The position numbers and the translations under genes were made by a program. A model generated the notes under the pieces. It searched no databases. It was not told the origin of the DNA and saw nothing but the letters and a program-made list of their open reading frames with translations. From Candidatus Latescibacterota bacterium (lineage in GTDB: Bacteria; Latescibacterota; UBA2968; GCA-2709665), in NCBI GenBank assembly GCA_965237675.1, contig OZ250150.1:4576001-4640000 (forward strand): a DNA stretch of 64,000 bases, read 5' to 3'. Below, one piece after another: positions 20,978-30,275 of the stretch (the stretch's first letter is position 1; each line of letters opens with the position of its first letter).

Positions 20978-21307
20978 CTACAGGACAAGCGAATCGTAAT
21001 TTGCTCTGAGCCATGTGGTTTCTTCCGAGAGTTGCGCGAGGTCTCCCCGTTCGTAGCAGATGGACCACGGGTGGAGGCCGTTCTTTCCCAGCGTTTCTAT
21101 CCTGTGGTACTCCTCCAACTGGAGGTCGATCAGGGCGTTCAGGATTGCTCTGGTTGTCGTACCATAGGCGCCAGAAACGACGTTCAGTCTGGCCCTGAGA
21201 TCCGGCCTGGCGGAAAATCCGGCTTCTTTCCAGTGGTCTTTACCTCGCAAGGGCACCGCATACCAGGCAAATTGACCGACATCCCGGAGAGGATCACCCG
21301 CCTGCAT
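20978..21307 (-). pseudogene. C-terminal fragment of a phosphotransferase-like protein
   Basis: GDPLRDVGQFAWYAVPL resembles the segment after the APH DWD motif; no N-terminal part. Confidence 0.45.
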
Positions 21308-21438
21308 TTCATTCTGGTCCTAAAAAAGCCGGCCTTACCACATGCCAGCCACCTCAGTGCCCGGGTTCGGCACGACGCTGCACGAGCATTTCGTCAACGC
21401 GATCGATGAATCGACGTCAGCCACGGGGAACGCCTCGA

Positions 21439-21744
21439 CTATCCCCCACCGAGGTGCGGCCGCACTTCCCGGTTCAGACGGTCTGCCAGTTCGTCCTCCG
21501 CCACATCCAGCTCATAGTCCGCCTGAATGTCCATCCAGAATCGGGGCGACATATAGAAGTAACGGGCGAGTCTCAGCGCCGTCTCCGCGGTGATGCCGCG
21601 TTTACCCAGCACAATCTCGTTGATTCGTCGTGGCGGCACCCCGATGGAAAGCGCGAGTTGGTTCTGGCTGAGATTCATCGGCTTGAGAAACCGTTCCAAC
21701 AACACCTTCCCGGGATGAATAGGCGCCAATTCCCGAGCGCACAT
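21439..21744 (-). CDS. higA: HigA family antitoxin
   Basis: PIHPG.VL.E.FLKP, RINEIVLGKRGITAETALRLARYF and FWMDIQADYEL. Confidence 0.93.
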   Translation of the reverse strand: MCARELAPIHPGKVLLERFLKPMNLSQNQLALSIGVPPRRINEIVLGKRGITAETALRLARYFYMSPRFWMDIQADYELDVAEDELADRLNREVRPHLGGG

Positions 21745-21756
21745 CAATCTGACTCC

Positions 21757-22030
21757 ATGGTGATCGTCTGCGATCTAAACGACGCGGGCGCCGCCGGTTC
21801 GACAGGTGAAACCAATACGCCATTGGTCGCTGACGGTCATACCGTACCGGCTCGCACGGTGTCGCCTCGAGGCCGCATTGCGATAGGCTGGCGGAATTCG
21901 AAGCTCGACGCGCGTCGTCGTCGACTATCGATTTGGCGTGCGAAGCCTGCGAACCCCGGCCTGGCCACTCCCGTGTTCGGGTGCGTTGGAAGTTCCGTGG
22001 GTTCGCTCGATCTCCGAAAGATCGCGCCAT
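21757..22030 (-). pseudogene. higB: Degenerate HigB toxin
   Basis: MARSFGD start; after a frameshift ELRIPPAYR...VSDQWRIGF...VV*IADDH matches the HigB pattern DLRxPPGNRL...INDQWRICF...VEIVDYH; TAG at 21775. Confidence 0.75.
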
Positions 22031-22043
22031 ACGAATAGTATAT

Positions 22044-22155
22044 AACGTTTTCCGTTAAATGGAAAGTGTTAAATGAAAACCGTTACATATTAAGCGTTAA
22101 ATGATAACCATTTAATGGAAACCGTTAAACGATAGATGTTAAACGACAAGCGTTA
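22044..22155. promoter_or_regulatory. Tandem array of eight 14-bp palindromic units AAYG-N5-CGTTA (putative HigA operators)
   Basis: Exact 14-bp period; units start at 22044, 22058, 22072, 22086, 22100, 22114, 22128 and 22142; begins 14 bp upstream of the higB start. Confidence 0.75.
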
Positions 22156-22294
22156 TGCCGTACGCAGACGCCATTCTTGACGTACCCTGTCCGCTGGCGA
22201 CGTACACGGTTGCCAACTGAGGAGCGGTTATCAGACGTCCGCACACGCCAGCGACGCCGGGCCAATCATCCCGCCGGAGGTCATGGCGTAAGTC

Positions 22295-22984
22295 TCAGCT
22301 TTGCGTCAGACGAAGCATGTTCGAATCGCCGAGCCGAAACTCGAAAGGCACGGACACGAGTTCGACGTCTACCCACCTCTGCACGGTCTGTATAGTACAG
22401 TCCAGATGCCTCGATGGTTCACCAGCCATGTCGAACAATGGAAATACTCGAACCTCTCGCCCGACCCGAAGCAGTTCACGGAGGAAGGAGAGGTGCGTTT
22501 CCAGGTCGAATTTCTCGGAGTACAGAAACAGCAGATGCGAGCCGAGGACAAGATCGAAGGACTTCGATCGGAAGGGTAACTCGGGCAGGCTCCCCGAAAC
22601 GTAACGACCTCTCCGAGTTACTGATTGAAAATCGCAAAGAAAGGTGTTCAGGATGTCCCGGCGCAGCCGGAGGACCTGTTCGGGGCTTCCATAGTGGTCC
22701 CACAGGAACCGTTCGCGTGCCTTTCGCATTCCCGCGAGCATCCGCCCGGCTGTGGTTTCGAAACTGGCCTTCAGATCCCGGCCGGAAAACCTGTAAATGG
22801 GATCGACGGCGACAACGAATCGCCCCGTTTGGCCCCATTCGGCGGCGAACGAAGACGGTCCGCTGCCACAGTCCAGTACGCGTGCGGACGGCGAGACGTC
22901 GGACAGCGCGAAGAACGCCTCGTATTCGGCCGCGCCTCGGCCCCACGCGGGAACGGTTCCCCCAAAATCGAATTCGCTTGACAT
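22295..22984 (-). CDS. SAM-dependent methyltransferase
   Basis: VLDCGSGPSSF, LPELPF..FDLVLGSHLLFLY and EVRVFPL. Confidence 0.88.
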   Translation of the reverse strand: MSSEFDFGGTVPAWGRGAAEYEAFFALSDVSPSARVLDCGSGPSSFAAEWGQTGRFVVAVDPIYRFSGRDLKASFETTAGRMLAGMRKARERFLWDHYGSPEQVLRLRRDILNTFLCDFQSVTRRGRYVSGSLPELPFRSKSFDLVLGSHLLFLYSEKFDLETHLSFLRELLRVGREVRVFPLFDMAGEPSRHLDCTIQTVQRWVDVELVSVPFEFRLGDSNMLRLTQS

Positions 22985-23206
22985 GAGTCTCCAAATCAGA
23001 ACCAGACACCCGTCGAAGGTGTCTGGTGAGTGTTTGACTACGGTTTATCTCTTATTTTTTCAAAATGTTATAACCAGATCGTCCGGATGCTACCCATCCG
23101 ATGTTCCCGACACGTCTCTTGTTCAGGGCTGGCGCAACGACGGGTCGCGGATGCGCATGCGCCGAAGTCCTAAAAACGGATTTTGGCGCCGGTTACTGTA
23201 TGTAGT

Positions 23207-24184
23207 CTATCGAAACCACGTCCACCCGGCCCTCGTTGCCGGATAGACCAGTTCTTCTCTCAAATGCAGGTTCTTCACTTCCGGATCCTCAACACCGCGG
23301 CGTATGTCGACTGCAAATCGATATAATCTGTTGTCCGGATAGGCCGTCCTCCGGGTTGTGACCTGGGCGGCCGGTGAAAATCCGAGCTTCTCGAGTTCAT
23401 CCATGTAGATCGCCTCAATGCGCTCCACCAGTTCTCGCCTGCCACTGGCCCTGGCGAATCCCTCCCGCAGCAAGGGACAAACCTCAACGGCGATACCTTC
23501 AAGCTTCTTGAACTCTGCCCACAACCACTTGTGATAGGGCGCATATCGCCGATTGACCAGAAAACCAACCTTCATCGCGTACTCAGCGAATCTCGTCCAA
23601 TAGGTAAACGCGGTCACGTGGTCTCCCCGAGCCTCGGCCCTGAAGAGATGCTTCCGCCCCCACTCCGAGCACCAGGACAGGCAGGCCCCCATTCGCTGCC
23701 TCCATACATCCTCCGGATACCTGGAGAACGCTCTGAGGCGGGCACTTACAAAGCCGGGTTTATCGTGAAAGAGCCGGCTCGGAGTCAGTTCGAAAAGATA
23801 TGATTCCGGAATTCGCAACCAATCCTTTGGCGACTCAGGCGGCTCCGGGAATCCAACCACGCTTTTCATGTAGCTGCCGACTTCCACTACACGGCAGGTC
23901 CTCTCGGGTGGATTTTCCCAGTGAAACCCATCGTACTCCTGAGGTAGCGAATCCAGTATTTCCTGCAGACGATCGCCGCAATCGTCGAAGTCCTCCCTGC
24001 CAAGCCATACGGTGAATCCCGGTCCCCAACCGTGGTCGCGCGACACGTCGTCGTCGTTCTTGTGCGCTTGTGATCCGAACTCGACGCCGACGGCCAGTAT
24101 CCGCACACATCCGGGTAATCGTCGCTCAATCGCGGGGAGCCCGATCTCGCGAAAGAACCTCTCCGACAGTTCAAATCCTCTCAC
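23207..24184 (-). CDS. DUF4037 domain protein (nucleotidyltransferase-like)
   Basis: GS....DDDVSRDHGWGPGF, WLRIPE and YAPYHKWL. Confidence 0.8.
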   Translation of the reverse strand: MRGFELSERFFREIGLPAIERRLPGCVRILAVGVEFGSQAHKNDDDVSRDHGWGPGFTVWLGREDFDDCGDRLQEILDSLPQEYDGFHWENPPERTCRVVEVGSYMKSVVGFPEPPESPKDWLRIPESYLFELTPSRLFHDKPGFVSARLRAFSRYPEDVWRQRMGACLSWCSEWGRKHLFRAEARGDHVTAFTYWTRFAEYAMKVGFLVNRRYAPYHKWLWAEFKKLEGIAVEVCPLLREGFARASGRRELVERIEAIYMDELEKLGFSPAAQVTTRRTAYPDNRLYRFAVDIRRGVEDPEVKNLHLREELVYPATRAGWTWFR

Positions 24185-24609
24185 GAATCCTCCACAATAG
24201 GGCGACGTACTTGATGGAAACCGACAACCTGTTGTTTACAAAACCCACGAAGTCTGTTTTCAGCTTGAAGGATAATTTCATCCACTTCGTCACGAATCAA
24301 CCGGTCGGTCTCCATTTGGCTGCCGGGCATGTTTACCCTCAACAGTGATTAAATCTCGAAAGCGCCAGGGGCGAATTAACCAAAGCTCGTATCGTCGCCG
24401 GTATGACAACGGCTGATTCTACTTGCTTCCAGAATCATCGCTAGACCCTCGATTTTTCGCACCCCAATTAATCCTCAGTCACAACGAGACCCCAACGCCT
24501 GCCATATGTCATACCCCTCGCGCGTACGGCTCTGGAGTGGGGGGTTTGTTCGCTGTACGGATCGAACCGCTCACCAGCAACCTCGTACGCCAGAACCAGG
24601 CGTCCCGGG

Positions 24610-24944
24610 ATTCCGCGCTTTATCGTAGAACATCACTATCGTACCGGCACTCGTGCGGTCCCTTCAAGCGCTCGGTGGCGGTTGATGGGGCTTTTCCGCG
24701 CTTTTCCGTTCAGCAACACGCTTCAGTGTTACCCGTTTCGACGGCAGGCCGCCGATCTCTTGTTCTCACCCGGGAAATGATTCGCGGAAAAGGAGCCCCG
24801 CGGCGTCTGAGCGGCGCCCTTCTTTTTCGCCCTTTTTCTTGGGCGAAGCAAGAAAAAGGGCAAGGGAATGGGGGACGTTAACGGGAAGGGGAGACTCTAT
24901 GTCGTTCCGAATTCAATGACCACCCGCCCGGAACGCAGTTCCAT
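24610..24944 (-). other. Structured non-coding element, copy B
   Basis: Blocks colinear with 9392-9720, with compensatory changes. Confidence 0.7.
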
Positions 24945-25006
24945 GCAGGAATTGTCAGTTCTTGTCGAAAAGAAGAAATGGTCAAGAAACCTCGCGTCAG
25001 GCCAGG

Positions 25007-25465
25007 TTACGGCTGCTCCGGAAAAAGTTCCGGGATGCGGTCCGGCGTCAGAAAGGTGCGCAGTTCCGGATCCACCCCCGCCATGGAGCCGTGGGTGATC
25101 CACGAAAAGGCAAACACAACCCCGGCTTCCGGGCCCACCGTTCCAATATGCTCCCACTTGTCCGGTAAATTGCAATCGGCCGTGAACAGGTAATCCGTCC
25201 TTTCCACTTCCGATTGAATATACGGTTTGAAGTATCGTGTCGTGCCGATCTTGCGAATGAACTGCAGGTTTTCGATCCCTGACTCTTCCTGGGTTTCACG
25301 GTGCGCGGCCTGAAGCGGCGTTTCACCGGCCTCGATATTGCCTCCCGGAAGCCGATAGAATTCGTAACCGACGGATTTGAGCTTCAAGACCAGCAATTCA
25401 CATCTCTCATCCGCATCGTATCTTATAATGAACGCAAAAGCCTTTTTCACCATAGGCATTTTCAT
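25007..25465 (-). CDS. NUDIX hydrolase
   Basis: GGNIEAGETPLQAAHRETQEESGI Nudix box. Confidence 0.9.
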   Translation of the reverse strand: MKMPMVKKAFAFIIRYDADERCELLVLKLKSVGYEFYRLPGGNIEAGETPLQAAHRETQEESGIENLQFIRKIGTTRYFKPYIQSEVERTDYLFTADCNLPDKWEHIGTVGPEAGVVFAFSWITHGSMAGVDPELRTFLTPDRIPELFPEQP

Positions 25466-25538
25466 ATTGTCACCACGGTTGACGCAGGGATGGACGGAGC
25501 GCAGAGGCGAGCATATCGCGACTGCCTATCGCCGTTCT

Positions 25539-26021
25539 TCATACCCCCAGAACGGCGCGGATATACGCCAGCGTCTCCTCCGGCGTCTGACGGCCGTTGT
25601 CGATCACCGTTCCGATTCCCGGATCGATATGAGAAGATCGATATTGTTCGCGTATGCGGGCTCGTTCGCGATCGGACAGTGCCCGCTGGCCCCGGTCGGA
25701 TATGGCGACTCCCAGGGGCGGTCGAAGCGTAACCGCGTGTATGGTTACGCCTGCATTTGCCGCTTCACGTTCGAAGAGCGCGTATTCGCGTTGTGAAATC
25801 GGCCACGTGACAACGACGTTGAACCCACGCGAGAGCCAATTTCGGGTCAACGTCAACGTATCCTCGACGCAGTAGGGAATTGCTTCCGACAGGCGCAGGC
25901 AGTCGGCGAAGTGCCGGAGGTCATCGACCTCGATGTGGACCGTCCTGGCCAGGCTTTCGGCCAGGAGCCGACCGATGGTCGATTTTCCGGAATTGATTGA
26001 ACCGTTGATATAAATCAGCAT
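25539..26021 (-). CDS. P-loop nucleotide kinase-like protein
   Basis: INGSINSGKST Walker A; IEVDDLR. Confidence 0.8.
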   Translation of the reverse strand: MLIYINGSINSGKSTIGRLLAESLARTVHIEVDDLRHFADCLRLSEAIPYCVEDTLTLTRNWLSRGFNVVVTWPISQREYALFEREAANAGVTIHAVTLRPPLGVAISDRGQRALSDRERARIREQYRSSHIDPGIGTVIDNGRQTPEETLAYIRAVLGV

Positions 26022-26137
26022 AGGAACGGGACCGATTCTGCGACGAGGTCAACACGTGTATGGTTTGCAAACACCCGGTTGTCGAGGGCTGTTGTCAGCC
26101 AAAGCGCGGAAAGGATCACAGCAAGAATGGGTTGGCA
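26021..26137 (-). other. attC-like site (degenerate)
   Basis: Minus strand TGCCAAC-CCATTCTTGC ... GCAGAATCGG-TCCC-GTTCCTA between co-oriented genes. Confidence 0.4.
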
Positions 26138-26144
26138 TGAGGTG

Positions 26145-26915
26145 TCAACCGACGAGGCCCCAGAGACGCTGCCGCTCCTCGGACCAGTCCCGCCAATCCG
26201 GGTGCACGTGTTTGATCGCCGTCAGGTCGCGCGTGCGGCCGCCCGGCGGAAAATAGTTCCAGCCCATGGCGCGCCGTGGACCCGCCGCCGTCTTCACGCC
26301 GGTGGCGTGCCAGCACGACGGTGTCCACACCAGGGTCCATCGCGGATCCAGAACGACTTCGACCTCAAGCGGGTGACGGGTGGCGTATTGCGCCGGCATT
26401 TCGTCGTGGGTGCCGGTGGCCAGTTCGAGTTGCAGCAGTTCCGCCGCGACCTCCTCCTTTGGACGGTGCTGGCTGCCGGGCAGCACCCGCAGCGGCGCGT
26501 TGCTGGCGTCGTGCCGGTCGAGGGCGGTACGGAAGGACACCTGCCTCACCTCGGGACTGCCGTCCGCGTGCCACTGGACCTGACGCCGGCCGCCGGCGCC
26601 GACCTCTTTGGAGGCGTCACCCACGCCGCAGGCGCCAACGTGCACCTCCTCAACGCCCAGAATCCGCCGCGCCGCATCCACCAGGTCCTGGCGCTCCACC
26701 ATCCGGAGCACTTGCTCACCCAACATCAGGAACTGACATGCCAGTCGGTTGCATCCCGGAGGAAACTCGATGCGCTCCCACTCAGGCGCCACTTCCTGCT
26801 GCCGGTTGTCGATCTGCCGCATCCCGCGCGCGCCGAAGGGGTTCGGCACCAGGAAAAACCCGTTACGCTCGAAGTGCGCCAGCTGGTCGTCGGTGATCTT
26901 CAGAAGATGTTCCAT
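26145..26915 (-). CDS. PhyH family dioxygenase
   Basis: FERNGFF, WHAD, NAPLRVLPGSQH and WHATG. Confidence 0.85.
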   Translation of the reverse strand: MEHLLKITDDQLAHFERNGFFLVPNPFGARGMRQIDNRQQEVAPEWERIEFPPGCNRLACQFLMLGEQVLRMVERQDLVDAARRILGVEEVHVGACGVGDASKEVGAGGRRQVQWHADGSPEVRQVSFRTALDRHDASNAPLRVLPGSQHRPKEEVAAELLQLELATGTHDEMPAQYATRHPLEVEVVLDPRWTLVWTPSCWHATGVKTAAGPRRAMGWNYFPPGGRTRDLTAIKHVHPDWRDWSEERQRLWGLVG

Positions 26916-26918
26916 AGT

Positions 26919-27995
26919 TCAAGCCCTCGTTACGGTTAGTTCTGCCAGTTTGCCCTCATCCAGTTCGACGCCGAGGCCGGGTCCCTCGAACGGAGCCAGG
27001 TAGGAGCCTTCGGCCCGCACGCGATCCCGTGCCGGCGAGGCGGTGTAAAGCAAGGGTCCCATCGGATCGCACGGCAGTTGGACCTGGGGAGAGGTGATGC
27101 CCACCGCCACCTGGGCGCTGACGCCAAGCGTCGACTCTTGGTCGGTACCGATCAGGCACGGCATGCCCACGGCCTCCCCCACTGCCAGGATGCGCTTGAT
27201 GTGTGTCGGTCCACCGCACACGCAGGCCACATTGAACGCCGTGCAGGCGCCGCGGTCGGCCGTCTCCCAGGCCTGCTGAAGAGACCAGATATGCCAGGTC
27301 ACCGGCAGGTCGACCCGCTGGGTGAACTGGGCGCTGGAACGCAGGTCGCGGGTCGGCTGCTCGAAGTGGTACGGATCGTGATGGCGCAGCCGGTCGCCGT
27401 AGCGCAGTACCTCCTGCCAGTCGTGGAAGCGGCCCGAGAAGTCGATGGACTTGAGCCGGATCCGGTCGCCGTACCTTGACTTCATCTCCGTGAGGAACCG
27501 ATCGTCGAGACCGGCGTCGCCGGAGACGTAGTAACGGAACAGGTGGTGGCCGAGATCGACGAGACGGTGCAGATAGGTGCCGGCGCGCTCGAAGTCCTCA
27601 ACCACCTGCCATCCGAAGATCGGATAGCAGCAATACAGCGCGTCGCGCACCTTGCCCCCAAGCATCTGGTACGCGGGCACACCCTGCGCCTTGCCGTTGA
27701 GATCGTAGAGCGCCAGATCGACGGCGCAGGCCACTTGTTGGTCGGCGACGGTGCTGCGCCAGTTCCGTGCGCGGGCGAAGTCGTTGATGTCGTTGATCCG
27801 GCGGGCGTCGCGGCCCTTCAACTGCTCGTTCAGTTGCCGCGCCAGGGCCGGCACATCGGCGCACCGGCTGTCCGACGCTTCGCCGAGGCCGATGGGGCCG
27901 TCGTCCACATGCACCTTGATCAGCACGTGGCCGGAGACGTGTCCGTAGAAGCGCGGTGTCTCGATCTGAATGACTTCGATGCTTTCGATATTCAC
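26919..27995 (-). CDS. Mandelate racemase / muconate lactonizing enzyme family enolase
   Basis: GLGEA, AVDLALYDLNGKAQGVPAYQMLGG, FEQP and GPGLGVELD. Confidence 0.9.
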   Translation of the reverse strand: MNIESIEVIQIETPRFYGHVSGHVLIKVHVDDGPIGLGEASDSRCADVPALARQLNEQLKGRDARRINDINDFARARNWRSTVADQQVACAVDLALYDLNGKAQGVPAYQMLGGKVRDALYCCYPIFGWQVVEDFERAGTYLHRLVDLGHHLFRYYVSGDAGLDDRFLTEMKSRYGDRIRLKSIDFSGRFHDWQEVLRYGDRLRHHDPYHFEQPTRDLRSSAQFTQRVDLPVTWHIWSLQQAWETADRGACTAFNVACVCGGPTHIKRILAVGEAVGMPCLIGTDQESTLGVSAQVAVGITSPQVQLPCDPMGPLLYTASPARDRVRAEGSYLAPFEGPGLGVELDEGKLAELTVTRA

Positions 27996-28170
27996 GACGG
28001 TCTCCTGGCTCCGTGCATAATCACCTTATTCACAAAGCGTAACTTACATGGATGGACAGGATAGACGGGATAAAAACTCAAAAGCCAGATCCGGTGAAAT
28101 CTGACAAATCAGGTTCGGCAACACCTGTCGTTCCTTAAGGTACGGAACCCTCCAGGACAAGGTAGAATCC

Positions 28171-28743
28171 TTACGCCGAATCGCCAAGCAAGAAAGTCAA
28201 CGTCCTGTTGAACCGGAAACTCTCGTCGGGAACCACGTATTCCAACCGGTCGCACGAGAAGGTGCCCGACGGCGCCGTATCCTGGAGATGCGCGCAAAGC
28301 CGGAGGCTCTCGTCAATGGAAATGAACTCGGCAATTGTCATGTGTGGGGAAATGCGGCGTCTGCGATGCGCCTCGGGGGCAAAGCCTGACGTGCCGTGGA
28401 GGACATGCGTCAGACGGTCGATCGGCTCTCCCGGCGTAATGGGATGAGCGACACCGGCGTGTTTCGAGGACGCATAAAGTCTGTCATAGTGAAGCGTAAA
28501 CAGCTGGACATCGGAAAGGCCATCGCGGATTTCGCCGGCAAGCGCGGGGCACATTTCGCGGCTCAACGGATCGGATAATGAGATGTGCGTCGGACACCAG
28601 GCCGCCGAGCGGGGATCGTACCTGGCTCGCAGGAGGTCGATCTCCCGCGACACATCGGACGGCGGCAGGATCAGGATCACTCCCAGCCGGTAGCCGCGTT
28701 GCCAGTCTTCCCACCTGGATGTGTCCTCTGTGTACGTGATCAT
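28171..28743 (-). CDS. 2H phosphoesterase (2'-5' RNA ligase family)
   Basis: Two HxS/T motifs, THISL and PHMTI. Confidence 0.82.
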   Translation of the reverse strand: MITYTEDTSRWEDWQRGYRLGVILILPPSDVSREIDLLRARYDPRSAAWCPTHISLSDPLSREMCPALAGEIRDGLSDVQLFTLHYDRLYASSKHAGVAHPITPGEPIDRLTHVLHGTSGFAPEAHRRRRISPHMTIAEFISIDESLRLCAHLQDTAPSGTFSCDRLEYVVPDESFRFNRTLTFLLGDSA

Positions 28744-29075
28744 GCTCGACTGTCCGTAAGTACTTCCTCAATGGAATCGACAAGCCGTCGTCTGGGGACG
28801 GCGCCGACCAGGCGGTTCACGACACGTCCATTCTTGAAGAGCAGGAGGGTTGGAAGGCCCTGAATTCCGTACCGGACTGCCGAGGAATGGGATGTATCGA
28901 AATCCATCTTTCCTACTTTCAATCGCCCGGCATATTCAACAGCCAGTTCCTTTACAATCGGATCAATAAGGCGACAAGGCCCGCACCAATTCGCGCCAAT
29001 GTCGACGAGGACGGGCCGATCTGAGGAAATGACGTCCGTTTCAAAGGTCGCGTCCGTGAAAGTATCGGGTTTCAC
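28740..29075 (-). CDS. trxA: Thioredoxin
   Basis: WCGPC active site; GIQGLPTLLLFKNG. Confidence 0.93.
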   Translation of the reverse strand: MKPDTFTDATFETDVISSDRPVLVDIGANWCGPCRLIDPIVKELAVEYAGRLKVGKMDFDTSHSSAVRYGIQGLPTLLLFKNGRVVNRLVGAVPRRRLVDSIEEVLTDSRA

Positions 29076-29332
29076 CCGTTTCTCCTCCTCTCTCTGTGTG
29101 ATTGCTCGTCTGGATCAAACCGTGAATAAGCCGGAAAGAAGAAATCCGGTTCGATGGACTGAACCCTGCCAAGATCGCACATCAGACCGATGTGCAGGGC
29201 GTTGGGGGCAATCCTGCCGGTCTCCCATCGAGCAATGGTGGACTGGGGAACCTCCAGGATATCTCCCAACTGCTGTTGAGTGATCCCGACGGATTTTCGA
29301 AACTGCCTGATCCGCAGCCAATCGAACGGCAC
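29072..29332 (-). CDS. XRE-family HTH regulator
   Basis: RKSVGITQQQLG..VPQSTIARWETG..P; GTG start after GGAGG. Confidence 0.85.
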   Translation of the reverse strand: MPFDWLRIRQFRKSVGITQQQLGDILEVPQSTIARWETGRIAPNALHIGLMCDLGRVQSIEPDFFFPAYSRFDPDEQSHRERRRNG

Positions 29333-29360
29333 AAAAGCCTCCAAGAATTATATCATATTT

Positions 29361-29374
29361 GCTATAATTATAGC
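29361..29374. promoter_or_regulatory. Perfect palindrome GCTATAATTATAGC containing TATAAT (putative operator / -10 box)
   Basis: About 30 bp upstream of the XRE gene. Confidence 0.6.
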
Positions 29375-29410
29375 GGAATACCAATCGACTGTCAAGAACA
29401 AATTCGGTTT

Positions 29411-29869
29411 TTACGGATCCACCGGTTTGGAATTCGACACGCTGGAGGGGGGTGGCGCCTGTTTGGTGGCGTGATGAGTGTGCGTCGACAGGAGGGCGTC
29501 GGCAGCGGGCGGTTTTCCCAAAGGATAGTTTTGGGAAGACGCTGGGATCGTCATGCCGCGCTCCGTTGTCAAAAAGGTCTCTCCGTCAAGCGCCCTTAAT
29601 GGGAGCACCGTTCGTACGCCATGCGTGCTCAGATGCGCCTGGAACCGGTGGACATGCGACAGCCGGATTACCGGCGACAACGTGCCCAGCGAGTTCCGCC
29701 CGGGATCAGAGATTCTCAGGACGTACGATTCAGCGGAATTCGCGGACTCTATCTTGACAACATGGGCGATCTTACCGCTCATGTTGCGATATTGTCCATC
29801 CCACAGGATCCCATACTTCCAATGGAGCCATTCAGGACTCGGCAACGTGTCGTCCAGGCTCAACGCCAT
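29411..29869 (-). pseudogene. N-lobe fragment of a phosphotransferase (homoserine kinase II/APH-like)
   Basis: YVLRIS, FQAHLSTHGV and PLRALDGETF, then low-plausibility sequence. Confidence 0.5.
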
Positions 29870-29899
29870 CTCACTTCGTCTCTTCCCTTAAAAAAGACC

Positions 29900-30029
29900 G
29901 CATAACGTGTCGGGTGTTGCAGGCCCGAAAATGCGGCATTACGCAGTAGCGCCTGCTCCGAAGCGGAGCAGGGACGGTCCATCTGACGCTGTAGATCTCG
30001 ACAACCCCCCGCCTCTTCCCACGTTGGAA
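29900..30029 (-). other. attC-like site
   Basis: Minus strand TTCCAAC-GTG ... CAC-GTTATGC with an internal hairpin CCTGCTCCG-AAG-CGGAGCAGG; a gene starts ~30 bp after GTTATGC. Confidence 0.5.
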
Positions 30030-30056
30030 CCCGTTACTCACCGTTCAAGATTACTT

Positions 30057-30275
30057 TCAACCGCTCCATGCTTCTCCGGTTGGCGTCCAGGCGATCACAT
30101 CGGCTTGTCGAGCTTCCTCCAGGATGCGCAGCTTGTGTCTTCCGCGCTCCACGTTCGGTGATTCTTCCTGGGCATCGGACAGCACATCCTTGTCCATAAT
30201 GTACTCCTTTTGGAACAGGCTTGGAAGCGCAAACCCTCACTTCTAAAAACCGCTATTCTGTCTCATTTTCGTTTA
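30057..30275 (-). mobile_element. Possible IS3-family left-end / OrfA remnant
   Basis: 46-codon ORF after an AAGGAG RBS containing KLRILEEA; TGAGACA upstream. Confidence 0.3.

Noticed and set aside
22044-22155. CRISPR or mini-CRISPR interpretation of the 14-bp array
   Set aside because: The variable part is only 5 nt, the period is 14 bp and there are no cas genes. It fits operator palindromes better.
18222-28072. Short 9-10-mer tandem tracts (ATGATTA at 18222-18260; GACAGGAT at 28047-28072)
   Set aside because: Real but only 3-4 degenerate units with no associated gene; too weak to interpret.
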